NCBI GenBank assembly: GCA_003971905.1
Contig: RSEE01000010.1
Span: 930,001 to 994,000, forward strand
Direction of reading: 5' to 3'
Source: Moniliella sp. 'wahieum'
Lineage: Eukaryota
DNA length: 64,000 bases
The position numbers and the translations under genes are program-made. The notes under the pieces are model-generated. The model saw nothing but the letters and a program-made list of their open reading frames with translations, had not been told where the DNA came from and ran no database searches. The stretch's first letter is position 1. Every line of letters starts with the position of its first letter. This document shows positions 36,201-49,617 of this stretch, one piece after another.

Positions 36201-38569
36201 GCTTTCTGCTTGCACCAAAGGGCTTCTCAGCCTGGCTATGCATGATCCTTGCGATCCATCTCGACTACTGTGGGACCCTGTGAGCGGAAGCCACGCCCTC
36301 TGGGACGAAATCTGAGGTTCGACAATGCGCGATAGGTACCAGCGGACAGGCAGAATCGACAGTTGCAAACTAACCAGATTCGCTCTATGCTTGCCTTGCT
36401 CTCACGCTATCCTTGCATTGTGGAACGCTGGCTTGGCGTGTAGGACCCCTGGCGCTTGACAGGAACTCGTCTTATGCTTCGCCCGGCCTAGCCGGTTGTT
36501 TCGACTATGAGTGCGTGGGCGAGTGTGCAGGTGCAGGTCGTTGCGCGTTGTGTGACGGGGAAAAGCAGCCCCATTGGCAAAAGAGGCGATAAAGGTCCTA
36601 CCAGAGATAGTAGGCGTCCGTCGAACTGATAGCGCTGATACATCCCATGGAATGTACCACGATATACACAGCCTGCACACTAGTCGACATTTATCGATTA
36701 TCAAGCATCAAGTGACGTCTGGGCCTGATATGTCTGCCCCGTTTGGCGCCCAATGTCGACTCTTGCTGATGAAGACCAGGTCGGACCCTATCTTTTTTGA
36801 TGGCGGATAGATCATCAACCTTCACCGGCCACCTGACACGTTTATTGAAGTGTAGTCGCTATAGTACTAGTCACTTGGCATAACGGAGGGGCCTCCCGAG
36901 CGGACACAATTTTGCCTGTTGGACCCACCGCGAGGAGGGTTCCTACAGAAAGACTCGCTTTTAAACGTGTCTTTCAGCTGACCAAAGGTTAGCTCGGCCA
37001 ATACGAAACTCTTTACAAAATGGTCTTGACGGCTCCATGCAATATATCCCATAGTTATGGGGGAAAGAATAGCGTCGGCGGTCAAATCATCATCATACTT
37101 CTATCCCATGCCCGCGTCCATTGTGCTCGCCCTCTTGCTGCCCCCCCTGAGGTGCAAGTCGTAGTGTCTGTAAGGTCTTCATTTTGCACCCCTAACTCGG
37201 TCTGCTGGTCCCGGGATCTCCTCGCTACTTTATTCAACCTCCAAACGCACTTGTGACTGTGAAGCGTTTCAGACAGAAAGGGCCACGACTTTCGGCCGAG
37301 ACGTCATGTGAACCTCAACTTGAGTGTTAACCCTTATATCCCCCAAACTTTTCCTGTTCATGCCGTAGCCTCGCGCACCCACGACTCATCGTGACTCGAT
37401 GGCTGCAAAAATGGAGGCTTAATTCACGGAAAGTCAATACCTCTGATTGGAAACAAAAGGTGCCAGGGTAAAGCAAAGCACATCAAAACGTACCGCTAAA
37501 TCGAAAATGCGACGACGGCTGGTGGACCAAGTCCGAAGGGTACAAGAACACCGTCACCAGAATTAGGACAACCCGTTTGTCGCAACCGATATGGGCTAGG
37601 ATTTGTCCTGTGTCAGAGTTAAATTCTTCCAGACCTCGAGCGGGGAAGACTGCCGATGGAAAAACAAGACCAAGTCCTTGGTGTTGCCGACCCTATACTC
37701 GCAGGATGCAGAAATACCCATACAGCGATTTTTGTTGGTACCGCGATTGTTCATACAAAAGGGAAATTGAAGGCGTTAGTACCTTCATATGAATCCTGTA
37801 GCGCGCGGCGAGGGCTTTGTGATCCTGAACTTGTTGTACTCCACCAAACATTCGAAATACCGGCATGGGTTGGACATAGTAACCTCATGACAGGGCTTCT
37901 TCAGTTCAACCTCAGATGCCAGTACGACCGAATTTTGACAGTCATCTCTAGTGCGCGCGAGCTAAAACCTAAATCCATTGCCAAGCCTTGCCACCCACGA
38001 TATGACCCACGACATGACCCTCGATCATTCCCTAAGCCTCCCGCTCGGCCACACTTTCCTGTCTCCTCACCTCCCCGAGCAGGAATCGCGCTCAGCGCAC
38101 GGGAAGAGAATCATGCATACCGCTCTATATATGCTCGGAACTGCCATGTGGTCGTCGGCCCGCATGCCCCGTCTCCGAACACCTGGTTTAATTGCAGCAC
38201 CCTTCTTGGCTTTTTTCGTCTATAATCGATAACCCTCTTCTCAGGCTCACCCATTGTGAAAAACTGTTTTTTCCGGCTTGTTGAGGTCCTGAAGAGCTCT
38301 GCAGACCATCCGCTTCCCAAGACACCTAACCGCACCAGAGGACCCTCGAATTTCACACGGATTCTTCCTTTGTCACGGACAATAGGGCTATCTTTTCAAT
38401 GTCCCTTCTAGGTACGCTCATCTTCGTGTACAGCTTGCAAGTGTAGCGTGCAATACCAAGACTGCAAACGCTCTGTTGGTTGGGCATCAGAAGCTGTGCC
38501 TGTGGTGTGGCCTGTAGTGTTGTGGCTTGTGGTGTGACGCAGTGTCTGGCGATCGTGTAGCGTCTGGGG

Positions 38570-38718
38570 GACGCCACATTGGTGTAGTGGTCGGTAGCCA
38601 AGACCGGAACCGTCGGTTCATTCCTGGCAATATTCCGTCCTGGAGGCAGGAGTATTCTCTTGCCTGCAGCTATGTGCAATGCAATACACTATTAACTGCC
38701 TGCTCTCGGTCTTCCACA
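38570..38718 (+). repeat. Diverged repeat copy 1 (inverted partner at 39511-39668), with tRNA-like A/B-box head
   Basis: Aligns collinearly by eye to the reverse complement of 39511-39668 (GACGCCACA.TGGTGTAGTGG, CCGGAACC, GCAATATTCC.TCCTGG..GCAGGA.TATTCTCT, ATGTGCAATGCAAT, AACTGCCTG, GGTCTTC). Confidence 0.85.
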
Positions 38719-39510
38719 GTCGGATGTGGTTACCAGTGTAGGAGCTTCAGCGTCTGTGGTGGTGGGGGCGGTAGGGGTGATATATAGTCTGTCCAAGGAA
38801 GAGAGGTCCTCCATATTTTGGCGCCGACAGTCCTGTCTCGTCTCTGCGGTGCTGTATACAGACTTCTCCTGCACACGCCAAACCAGAAAGTGCCCTGATG
38901 CTGCGGGCTCAATGAAACACACGCCGCTTTTAGCCGCGCGGGCATGGCGCCAGTTTGGTCCGTGCTGGCTGTGATCGATGATAACAGAGTGGCAATGCTG
39001 TAGCGCTGAGCGCCGCTGACCATTAGCTAGCTGCACTAGTCACTAGTACAGCGTTCATCGAACGCTTTGGCCATCTACTGAAGCTTGAAGCCTACACTCC
39101 TGAGGCATGATGCCATGAGACCCGGATCCTCTATATCAATGCCGCAATAAAAGGGCGATGAAGGAGGACATGATTATATAGGGCAAGTCAAAGCAGCCCA
39201 GGAGGCACAAGAAATCAATTAGAAGAGCGTTTGGACTCTGCCATAGTGGGGTATTGACTGTGATCATCCGGCTCCCAGTCGGAAGACCAGGGAATTCGCC
39301 TCGGTTCCATCGGCTTCCATGCTGCAAGTGTCCCTGCGTGGAGTCACTGTTCCTGTTCCTGTGCCCTGCACTCTCCTGTGTGCCTCACTGGCCCTGTGCC
39401 TAGTCCGGCCTCCTATATAGATGCCTCGGTAACCCAGACCCAACCCTGGCTCTAATCCATCACCTTCTCCTCATCCTTCTGCCCGTCCGGCCCTAGGCCA
39501 AAACATAGGG

Positions 39511-39668
39511 TGTAGAAGACCAGAGGACAGGCAGTTGGTAGTGAATTGCATTGCACATGAACTACAGAAGCTAGAGAATATTCCTGCCAGCCAGGAAGGA
39601 ATATTGCACGGAACAAACCAGAAGGTTCCGGACTTGGGCTACCGGCGCCACTACACCAGTGTGGCGTC
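39511..39668 (-). repeat. Diverged repeat copy 2 (inverted relative to 38570-38718)
   Basis: See copy 1. Confidence 0.85.
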
Positions 39669-40739
39669 ACATAGGGCTTTAGCCTAAGCCCCAAAAGGCT
39701 GGGTTCAGCCGGTGGTCATGCATTAGCACGTGGTATAACGGCGGCTATGGCGTTATACCCGTGGATTCAATATTGTTCGCTCGGTCATCAACAGGAAAGT
39801 CACCCCACAGTCATCTCTGCTGCAATCGATATGTGGGGGGGGGGGGTGTGGGGGGAACGAGGTAGATGGGTGAATGAGGCCTCAGCCTGAGGCCTGAGGT
39901 GATATGGCGTTTTCTGTGCCAGTAGCGCATGTGGCAGCGTGTGTGGGGTTACCGGTTATAGCAATCTGGTGGCAATTATTACGGCGAGGTTCTTGTCCTC
40001 CCAACACACATATGGGAGTGTTGTGTCCCACAAGAAGTGCTGCGCCTGATGCATGATGTGGTTGTTGCCGAGGCTGCCGGTTTCGGCTGCGCCGCTGCAA
40101 TCCATCTTCGGCATATTCCCCCAACACAACGCATGCTGCGCCAGGTCCCCTCTCGAGTCAGAAGTCAGCGCAACAGCATTGACATGTTGACAGTGGGTTC
40201 GTGTTACTTCTGGTTAGACCAATTAGCTTCAAGTGCAAGCTCCAAAAGCTATCGCTTCAAGTAGTATCTCATTGATCTCGCCCCATCTGCATCATAAGAT
40301 GGGCGTCGATGCAAGTGGAGTGCTAGTGACGCGTGACGGACGCGGGTTTTCGGCGCTATGGGCATTTGTGCACCGCCTGCGCGAATCCACACATTTCATT
40401 AGCCGGTCATCGATCATCTAATTGAACCCAAGACACGCTTCTCTTATTAGCTCGGCAGCGAGAGCTGGTCTGTGCGCTGCCTCGTACCCCGCACTCGGCC
40501 CCTTCCACCAACAGCCACCAACACGCCACCCATCCAGCCGCTGCCGCCACACCGCCCCGGTGCACACATCGCGCCCGCGTCGCCCCCCAGCTTGGCGTGT
40601 GACGCGCCCGACGCCTGTCTATATATATAGCCCCCCGCTCCGGCTTCGGGATGGCGAGAGTCGTTAATAGCTGCAACCACCGCTACCCCTCATCGACTCT
40701 TCATCGCTGGAAGCTGCGTGTTACGCTGGACTGGTGGCC

Positions 40740-43250
40740 ATGTTATCCCAGTTGCTCCTGCTCGCGCTTGCCGCGACTTCGCTCGTGAATGCGCATCCTC
40801 ACCCTAACCCGGACCCTGTCCTTGGCTGGGCTTCGCCCGCTGCCCCTCTGCCCCGCGCCGTCAACCAACCAGCGCCGGTACCCCAGACCAACGGCACCGG
40901 TCGCTGGGTCGACGCCATCTCCAAGGCTAAGCAAGCTGTAGCAAAGCTTACCGAAGATGAGAAAGTTTGGCTCGTGACCGGCCCGGTTGGGAGGCCGGGC
41001 CTTGCGTGGGGAACATTCCCGCCATTGACAAGATCGGCTTCAAGGGATGTGCCTCCAAGACAGTCCGCTCGGTGTGCGTTTTGCCGACTTGGTTACTGTG
41101 TTCCCCACCGGCATCACTACCGCCGCCACTTTTAGCGCCAACCTTACGCGCGCGCGCGGCCGCAGCATGGGGGAGGAGTTCCACTCCAAGGGTGCCAACG
41201 TGCAGTCGGGCCCGGGGATGAAATGCTGCGTGCCCCCGAGATGGCCGAAGCTGGGAAATGTGTGGTGGAGACGCTTACCTGTGGGGAGGCTGCCTACCAC
41301 ACTATTCAGGGCGTTCAATCTGCAGGGGTTCAGTCCTGCGCCAAGCACTATATCCTCAACGATCAGAGCATATCGTCTTAATGTTTCGTGCGTTCTTTGT
41401 TTTGTTTCCCGGTTGTGGCCATACCCACATCATGATGGATACTGACTGTTCATTGTGCTGCAGCTCGGTTGCTGAGGAGCGTCCCTTAAGGGAGATTTAC
41501 CTCCACCCATTCCTACGCAGTGTCCAGGCTGACGTCGCTGCGGTCATGTGCAGTTAACCAGGTCAACGGCACATTTCATGCGAGAATGACGAGACCTTGA
41601 ACACGATCCTCAAACATGAGCTTGGTTCAATGGCTATGTGATGACCGACTGGGGTGGTCACCACTCTGGAGCCAAGTCTGCCAATGCCGGCCTCGATCTG
41701 TCCATGCCGGGCAATATCGACTCTCCTCCTTACGGTTTCTATCTGATGGGCTGTTTCCCAATCCCCGTCACCCCGGGACCAAACGGAGCACAACTTGTCT
41801 TCATTCTGGGGAGGCAACCTCACGATTGAGATCAAAAATGGATCGGTGCCAATGGCGCGGTTGGATGACATGGCATCGCGGATCTTGACGTCGTGGTACC
41901 TTTTGGGTAGGACGATGATTACCCCGTTCCGAATTCTCTCGTTTGCGGATGCCAACGCGACAATCCAAAAAGAAGTCAACGCCATGTCCACACAACCACC
42001 CAGGTGGCCCGGGAGGTTGCTGCAGCAGGAACGGTACTGCTCAAGAACAAGGGTGCCCTACCTCTCAAACGGCCCAAGAAGTTGGCGCTGATCGGCTCGG
42101 ACGCTGCGCCTGCTTATAACGGGCCAACTACTTGGTGATCATGGTGGTATTGACGGTGTAACGGCCACAGGGTGGGGCAGTGGTACGGCCCCGTACGCGT
42201 ATCTCGTTTCCCCTTACGAAGCTATTGCCCAGTACGTCTCTGATCCCTCGCTTACGCCCCATCACTAGCTCCTTATAGCGCTATACTGACTCTGCAATGC
42301 AGGCAAGTGTACCAAGACCGCACGGGCTTGGCCTGGACGTTTAACGACACCGACTATGCTCAGGCTCAGACAGTCGCTGCACCGGCCCAGGCGGCGATCG
42401 TGTTCCTCTTCAGTGATTCTGGGGAGAACTATATCGAGGTGGCGCAACCAAGGCGATCGCAACAATCTCACAGCTTGGAACGATGGTGATAAGATGGTCC
42501 AGAATGTGGCTGCGGTGAACAAACAACACGATTGTTGTCATCCACTCCGGTGCTCAATTGGACGTCGAGGCCTGGATCGAGAACCCCAACGTGACAGCCG
42601 TTGTGTGGGCCGGATTCCCCGGGAGCGAGGCTGGGAACGCACTGGCCGATGTGTTGTATGGCGGGTCAACCCCAGTGGCCGCCTGCCCTTCACATTGCTA
42701 AGAAACGGGAGGACTACAGTGCCGATGTGGTGTACAAGTCGAATGCAACGCAACGGAGATCAAGTACTGGGAAGGTCTGCACGTCGATTACCGCTGGTTT
42801 GACACAGAGGGCGCGCCTACTCCCCGGTACTCGTTTGGTCATGGATTGTCGTACACCACGTTTGACTACGCCAACCCCAAGGGCTCCTTCCTCCCTGGCA
42901 AGCAGTTGTTCAACTCCTCCTCTCACCCCGAAACGTACCCGCTCGAGCTGTTTGAAGATGTGTTTTCGTTTAGCTTTACTGTGCACAACAATGGTACCCT
43001 GGATGGCTTTGAAGTACCCCAAGCCTACTTGCCTTCCGCCCGAGAGCGGTGAACCGCCCAAGGTACTGCGGAAGTTTGACCGCTTCGCCTTGGCCAAGGG
43101 CGAGACCAAGAATGTGACCTGGACCCTTAACACCTACGACCTGTCTGTCTGGTCCCCCAAAAGCACAAGTGGGTTGTTCCCAAGGGCACGACGAAGCTGC
43201 TGATTGGCGCAGGCTCTCGGGACATTCGTCTTTCCCTCCCTGTTTCTTAA
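40740..43250 (+). CDS. Secreted beta-glucosidase, glycoside hydrolase family 3 (frameshifted, several introns)
   Basis: Signal peptide [67 protein letters not shown], catalytic [67 protein letters not shown] box lies near 40620. Confidence 0.93.
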
Positions 43251-44189
43251 CTCAGTTTTCTTCAGGGTTGGAGCAAGGAAGTTGTCTCATCCCTGCCATT
43301 GATATCTGGTTCTTTCAAAACCAACTCCCCGTTGTTCTTTTACCTTACGATACGCTGCATGTTGAGTCTTCAGCCCCAAATATCCACGCGTCTACGTTGG
43401 TGTCGCCTACATTTTGGCTGGATTATATCTTGTCCGTTTCATGCATTCACGCTGTGTCTTCCTCTGTATGACTTCTGCAGGCTTAAAATGTAGTAGATAC
43501 TGGTTATATAGCCAGGAATATCTTCGGGCTAGAGACCATCCCCCATTGTTCTTTTTCTTTTCCACGGCAGTTTTGACTTAGTCTCCACTGGTTCCATCTC
43601 CCCTGTTGTGTCACTCCTCGGGCGGCAAATATCTTTCCACAAAAGGAGAACTGACAAAGCGTTTGAACACATATACTTTTTAGCCGCAGCGTATTATATA
43701 CAAACGCAGATCTGGTGTGTTCGCAGATGCTCTGTCGTATGGTGTGGTCGAGAGGGTTACGCAGCACGGGTTACGCACCGGCATGGCTTACCCAGCTGAT
43801 GTGCAGATGACCCGACTTGTTCGCAGCCAGCCCACTGCGTACTCTTAAGCAGAGGAAGAGGCAGAAGAGGCAGAGACAATTTCACCGAAACGCCCCCATC
43901 GCTGATGCATCATGATGGTCATGATCTGTATGACCTTTTTAATTGCCCTCGGCTATGTGGATGCGACTACGCTTAGTTGGCGCGCTCGGCAATATTATGG
44001 CTCCACCACCAGCAGCTCGCCTGTCATTTAACCAGGGCGCTAGGGTGTTCGCCACTCGGCACAAACGCCAAATATTTAAGTGGAGTAGTTAACGCGTCTC
44101 TGCCACCACCTCTGCCCCTGCTATACACCCACCTCTGCCATTGATGCCCCCTCTTCCTCTGCCAAAGTGCTGTACGTTCTGTCATCTCC

Positions 44190-44819
44190 TTGTTGCCCGG
44201 CGGACATGGCAGAACAGCTAACAATGCAAAAGCCATCTGTTGGACGTCGGCCTGGGATGAGGATCAGGGCAAGTGGGGCAAGCGCTGTCTGGTCTGCCCA
44301 AACGGTCGGTCCATCTTCTTTTCTACCAAGGTGGCGCGTCACGAAAGGTCGCGCAAGCACCGCTACCACGCGGCTAGGCTCGGCCGTCTTTCTTCCTCCC
44401 CATCGTCTCCCTTTGTTCAGTGGGAGAACGCAGAGGTGTCGGACGACTCAATTGAATCGTCCGGGGCAGAGGTCTGGACCCCGCCACAGCAGCGTAATAC
44501 CAGCTCTCAAGATACCATATATACCCAGACCTCCTCTGGGGATCATTCATGCTTGCCCACCATGGATCGATCCGGGACCGAGTTATTGACCATCTCAACT
44601 TTGGCCCAGACGCTCTTCCCCGCCCAAGTTCAGGGGTCCGGCACACCCACGTCACCCATCTCCACCTACAACAACACACTGCCCACACACACCGCCAATT
44701 CGCACTTGTTACGCACGAAATACGGGTGGTTCACTCGCGCAGGCGGAGCGTCAACCCCTACCTCTGCCCGTCAGCCGCCTACCGACTCGGACTCCCAAGC
44801 GGAAAAACAGTTTCCATGA
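44190..44819 (+). CDS. Hypothetical ORF with one C2H2/U1-like zinc finger
   Basis: CLVC-x14-H-x5-H (CLVCPNGRSIFFSTKVARHERSRKH) followed by a Ser/Thr/Pro-rich tail. May be a transposon-derived fragment. Confidence 0.35.
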   Translation: MLPGGHGRTANNAKAICWTSAWDEDQGKWGKRCLVCPNGRSIFFSTKVARHERSRKHRYHAARLGRLSSSPSSPFVQWENAEVSDDSIESSGAEVWTPPQQRNTSSQDTIYTQTSSGDHSCLPTMDRSGTELLTISTLAQTLFPAQVQGSGTPTSPISTYNNTLPTHTANSHLLRTKYGWFTRAGGASTPTSARQPPTDSDSQAEKQFP

Positions 44820-45062
44820 GGCCCCATACCCCGCTACACACCGACCCCGTTTGAATACGCAACAGCGTGCCCAAAGGGGGGCAGACTGCTCTTCTCACCA
44901 GCAACACCTACCCCGAAGAGCTACTCTAATCGAACACTCCGATCTCCCCTGCGCTTGCGGCATAGAATCGGAAACAAGACGCAAAAGGAGGGAGAAGGGA
45001 GGGGCGTACACAAAGGTGAATGATACTTGAGAAGAAATGATGGACATGCGGATGGGGATAGG

Positions 45063-46029
45063 TTAGGACGTGAATAGAACCAGTAACCCGGGAAGGACGA
45101 TAAGCAGGGCCAAATCGTCCAGGAGTGTGCTGAGGAACGGGGTTTCCCACGGTGGCTCGACTTGGCCCAGGGATGGCCCAGGGGAAGGAAAGGGGGAAGG
45201 GGAATGCAACATTGGCGTTCCTGTTCTGGCGTGGAGAAGGGCGTGGTAGATGCCTACTGAATACAGCCCTACCTCGAGCGCTACAAAGAGAGAAAAAATG
45301 GCTGCTTCTTTGTCAGTCTTTACTTTTTTCCCTATAGTGGATCATCAGAGGTAACGTACAACTGGTGTGAGAGGCATGGCGTTCCCCCATTGTAGTTCGG
45401 AACGTTGGGTAGCAAGTGTGCCCCACTGGTATCATAGGGTAACAGGGCGAGGCAGATAAATGAGACGACAAATAGGGTATGCGCTGCACCAAGCCAAGGT
45501 TGCATCCATGGGGTAGGGTAGGAAAGGCCAGTAGGAAGCCGCGTCTGCTCAAGGGGAAAGGGAAAGCCTCCTGGGACATGAGGCAGGTCAAGCTCATCTC
45601 CCATTTGCCTTTTCTCCCGCCTCTTGAACAATCGCTTCTACATTGACATCTCTCCTGTGTCCTGGAGGCGAGCGAGTGGGTGAATGGGCTGGCGAAGCGA
45701 CTTCTTCCAGCGGGAAAACCGTCTCGGTGATGGGAGGGGGAAACTCATTTCCAGGGGCGACGGAATGCCCGGCTCGGGGGTCGAAGCCGACGTGCGCAAC
45801 GAGGCGAGCGAACCAAAACTCACCTGGGACGGCGTGCGTTGTCGTGGCCGGAATCCCACATTCTGCGTGGGGGCAGTGAGGAGCGAGTGAGGTCCGAGGC
45901 GGCATGCCGCACGCTGGGCTTGGGGGGCTCGCTGGGCGGCGTTCGCCCTGCAGCGTGGGAAAGACGAGCGAGGCGGTCGCCCCCGCGAGCAAGAATTCGT
46001 GCTTTTCGTGCTGCGTGCCGGTCGGCCAT
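45063..46029 (-). CDS. GET2: GET2/CAML-like ER insertase subunit (frameshifted, with introns)
   Basis: Basic N-terminal motif AARKARILARGGDRLARLS. Three hydrophobic segments (HTLFVVSFICLAL; FSLFVALEVGLY; LLDDLALLIVLPGLLVLF-TS-stop). Confidence 0.65.
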
Positions 46030-46319
46030 GGGCGGTGGGAAGCAGCTGTCGCTCTCGCAGTCCCGGCGGCCAGGAGGGGGGCGAGGGGGTGTTGGTGACA
46101 GAGTGGGAATAGCAAGTTTTCGGGCTAATGAGTGGAAACGATTCATTAGTGGGCGCTCCCGCGCGGCCCCGCGCACACACAAGTTTCATTTCTGTCCCTC
46201 GCACCACTATTCGCTACCAGGTTTATTTTTGATCGGGTAGATCGATGTCGATGATGCAGATGATGATGATGGCAGGCAATGAAGAGGCGTCAAAGGGGGA
46301 TACAGGATGGGGTACAGAA

Positions 46320-47270
46320 GATCATGAGTATACTCAGATGTGCCTAGCTGAGTGTGTAGACGAAGTCGCTGCGGGGACACACGCCGTGTCACTTGGCGGT
46401 CGAAACGTTCAGAGTCTTTCGTAGAGAGAAAAGCGTATGCGCTGAGCATCAGGCCCAGCATCTCATCGTCATCACAGTCGGAGATAGAGGTGAACACACG
46501 TGAAAAGCAAACGTGGGTCCAAAAGGGCACAAGAGAAAAGTTGAGAACACGCGGGGGGTGAGCCGAGCGACCAAGAAAGAGGAGTTTAGAGCATATCCAT
46601 CTGCCCCATAAGGAACCGTTCTCCCCTGGGGCTCGGACGAGGAAATCGCATGCCTGTTGTACGAGCACGTGGACGGCCCCGCGCCTTGGTTTCGCATCTT
46701 TCGACTTCGACGCAGATTCGGAAGGGGAGGCTTGGATCGACAATGCTGATCGAGTGGGGGGCAGGCTCGTCTCGAGGAACCCATGCTGGTTCAGAGACAG
46801 TCGAGGCGGGCGGCAGCGGTGATTGCATGGGCTCCGATGAGGTACACATTCAGGATACGAAGTGGCTTCGTTCGCTGTCAAACCAGCTGGAACTCAAGTA
46901 GAGCGTCGGGGATAGGCGTGGCGCAGCTGCGGTAGCGGGGCTGGATAAAAGGGCAGAGCGGTGGAGGAGGAGGGGGAGGCGGTGCCTTCTTCTGTTTGCC
47001 CGGGCGACGGGGACAGGAGGGGAGGCTCGACAGTGCGGGCCCTCAGGACTTCGTACTTGGGCTCGACGCGCTCCACCGCGTAGGCTCCCGCAAAGAGCGA
47101 GAGCGACGAGAGCGACGAGAGCGATGCGCGCCGGTGGCCCAGGCCGAAGTCAGAGGCCCACGGCGGGCCGAGCGGCGGGCGAGAGCGGGGAGAGTAGGGG
47201 GAGAGTGGGGGGGATATGCTCTCAGTGGCGAGGGCCGGGGCGGGCGGGGATGTCTTTGGGGCTGGACATG
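46320..47270 (-). CDS. Hypothetical protein (fragmented)
   Basis: ATG near 47270 (MSSPKDIP..), Ser/Arg/Pro-rich ORFs and a C-terminal block LGLMLSAYAFLS..FDRQVTRR. No family recognised. Confidence 0.3.
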
Positions 47271-47898
47271 GTCTGCAGCAGCCACGGTTCCGGATCCAGA
47301 AGTGTCCGTCTTTGCCGTCGCCGCTTCTTGTACTCTTTCAAGAGCTGGACGCGCCCAGTGAGGCGCCTTTCCAGCCCGCCCTGTTGGCCCGGAGTAGTGG
47401 GGCCACGCGGGGGCAGTGCGGCTACCCCCGCACTAACCCATTCACGCACGCATCGATCACCTTCATCAGCACGCCGTCTGGCCCATCATCACATCTGTGC
47501 AGTGCATCACACCTTACCTCGGCCCATCTGCACCACACCAGCAGGCGATATGATGCCGATGGGATGGCCCACATCTGATGGTCTGCGAGGAGAGCTATGT
47601 GGCATCGAGGTCATCTGATGCTGCTCTGTCTGCCCGCCTTGCCTTGCAGAGCACGCAACGCAGTGCCGATAGTCTCCGATGGCACTTATCCTCCCTTCGC
47701 CATATTCGAGTCCGGCAACGCCATGTCCAAGCGGGGACAGGGGGCAGAGGGGGGAAGGCAGCAGAGGAGCATGCAGCGCGCTGATTTTTGACAGGCGCAC
47801 CAAATGAAAGTGCACAAATGGTATCCCATTCCTAGTTACTAGGGTACTCCTCATATATGACCCGGGATCTACGCTCACGCCCCACACACTGTGGTACA

Positions 47899-49174
47899 CT
47901 AGCTTCGCCGCTGCGCCACTCTTCCCGGATCTTGCCTAGGTCGGCCTGGGGGTCGAACCGGCCCGAGGACGTCCTCCTCCTCACGCACTGCTGGAGCGAG
48001 CCGAGTCAACAGTGCTGCCAAACCTGGTTCCAGCGGCATGGCATCGCCGTCTCCTGCTCCTCCTGGTGAGAGCGGCAGCGCCTTGCGCCTGGGTTGCAAT
48101 ACGGGACTGCAATGGGACTGTGCTTTGCAAGTCGCGCCGCAATCCACTGAACCCCAACAAGTCGTCCAGCTCGGGGGAGGCGGGAGTGGATCAGCCGCGG
48201 ACCAGGGGCGGCGCCGGCAGTGACAGCACGCATCGAGACGCACGGAAGCCGGCCTCGGGATCGGTGGGAATGTCTTGCTCTCCTCCCGGGTTGGCGGGCG
48301 CTGGCGCGGTGGCGGTGGTAGGCGCGGCGCAGGTTCCGATGAGGGTGTACGTTCTTGAATCTTCAACCCCTCACACCAGTGAGACGGTGTCGGACGCATT
48401 CTCTTTCGTCACGAGATCTCGTAAGGGGGTGGCGGGCTCGGGCATGTACATGCCCGCGTCCTTTTTCCTGGGCTCCTTTCTGATGGGTTGGCTGATGGAG
48501 CTGGAGCCCGGGGAAATGCAGAAACGAACGGGGGCGGATTGGGACCATCCAAACGCGCTGTCACCTCTGGATGAGCTTCGTCCATCAACTCCACCTTGTC
48601 CTTCCGAATGTCCCAGGATCGTTCAAAACGCCAGGCTGCGCCCCGTCTCGAGCCGATTGAAGTAAGGATCTCAACTCGTCCGAAGTACCCATCTCCTTAC
48701 CCACTCGGAGCGCGCCCAGCACCTTCGGAGCAAAAGCATTCTTACCACCCGGGTCGTCGGCGGTATTGCGCACGACCCCGCCTCGCCCAAGACGAAAGCC
48801 TCATGGGTGGCCACCTTGCCGTTTTGGAACTTCGGGCTGGGCGCAGCGACTTTTCTCTCAACCGTGGAAGCGGGAGCAAAGAGGTACCCACACACGTCGG
48901 GGGTTGCGTCGTGAGTGATTTGGGTCCGGCGGCGGGACCGAGGATGGTGAGGGCTTGTTTGAGTGCAGGCACAGTGACGCAGCGGTTCAAAATCAGCGCC
49001 TCTTCTGCCCGCGAGCACTTGTCGCCGTCGTTGCTGGTGAGGAGGATGCTGGATGGACGAGCTCTTGGCGTCGGCGGAGGGCGAGGTGGAGGCGGGGCGG
49101 AGGAGGAGGCGAGGAGGGTTCCGCCACTGGCACGGAGAGCCAGCCGCGGAGGGGGCGGAGCGGCGGGCGAGCAT
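47899..49174 (-). CDS. Hypothetical protein (fragmented)
   Basis: Chain of GC-rich minus-strand ORFs (EEALILNRCVTVPALKQALTILG; VELMDEAHPEV; AALLTRLAPAVREEEDVLG). No family recognised. Confidence 0.3.
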
Positions 49175-49617
49175 GTCCTTAACGTCATGCGGGTGGGCGC
49201 GGCGGGTGCTTCGGCGAGCAGTCGGCGGGGATCTGGACGCGGAGCGAGGCAGGCGCGCCGGGGATCCGCGCCGCATCTCTTGCCTCCGCGATGAAGCGAC
49301 AGGTGGGTGGCGGTCATTACTCCCAATCCACCATCCACGGGGCGTGTTGGTCAGCCGCGGTAATTAATCCAAAATGTTTCGCCCAGCAGTTCCGCCCTCT
49401 TCCGGCCCCGACTGGCGGTGCCCAACTTTCAAACGTCAAATTGCAACCGGCAGGCACTGAACAACATGCACGAGTGGCGCCGTGGGGTAGTCTCGATCAG
49501 CGCCATCCTTTGAAGTGATCCATATTGTCTGTAATCAATCCATCAGAGGCATCGCAGCGAAGCCACACGACAGCCCGCCGAGAGGGTTGGCGCAACAAAC
49601 GTAGTTGCGGTCGACGG

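Noticed and set aside
36867..37085. Copia RNase H-like fragment (GYIAWSRQ..S..AE)
   Set aside because: The similarity is too short, and no neighbouring pol motifs are present.
39100..39671. Solo LTR starting TGTGACG on the minus strand
   Set aside because: No matching CA end with a target-site duplication could be identified.
45142..45152. GTTTCCCACGG shared with the window start, as a possible transposon end
   Set aside because: Only 11 bp, and it lies inside the GET2-like coding region. Probably chance.
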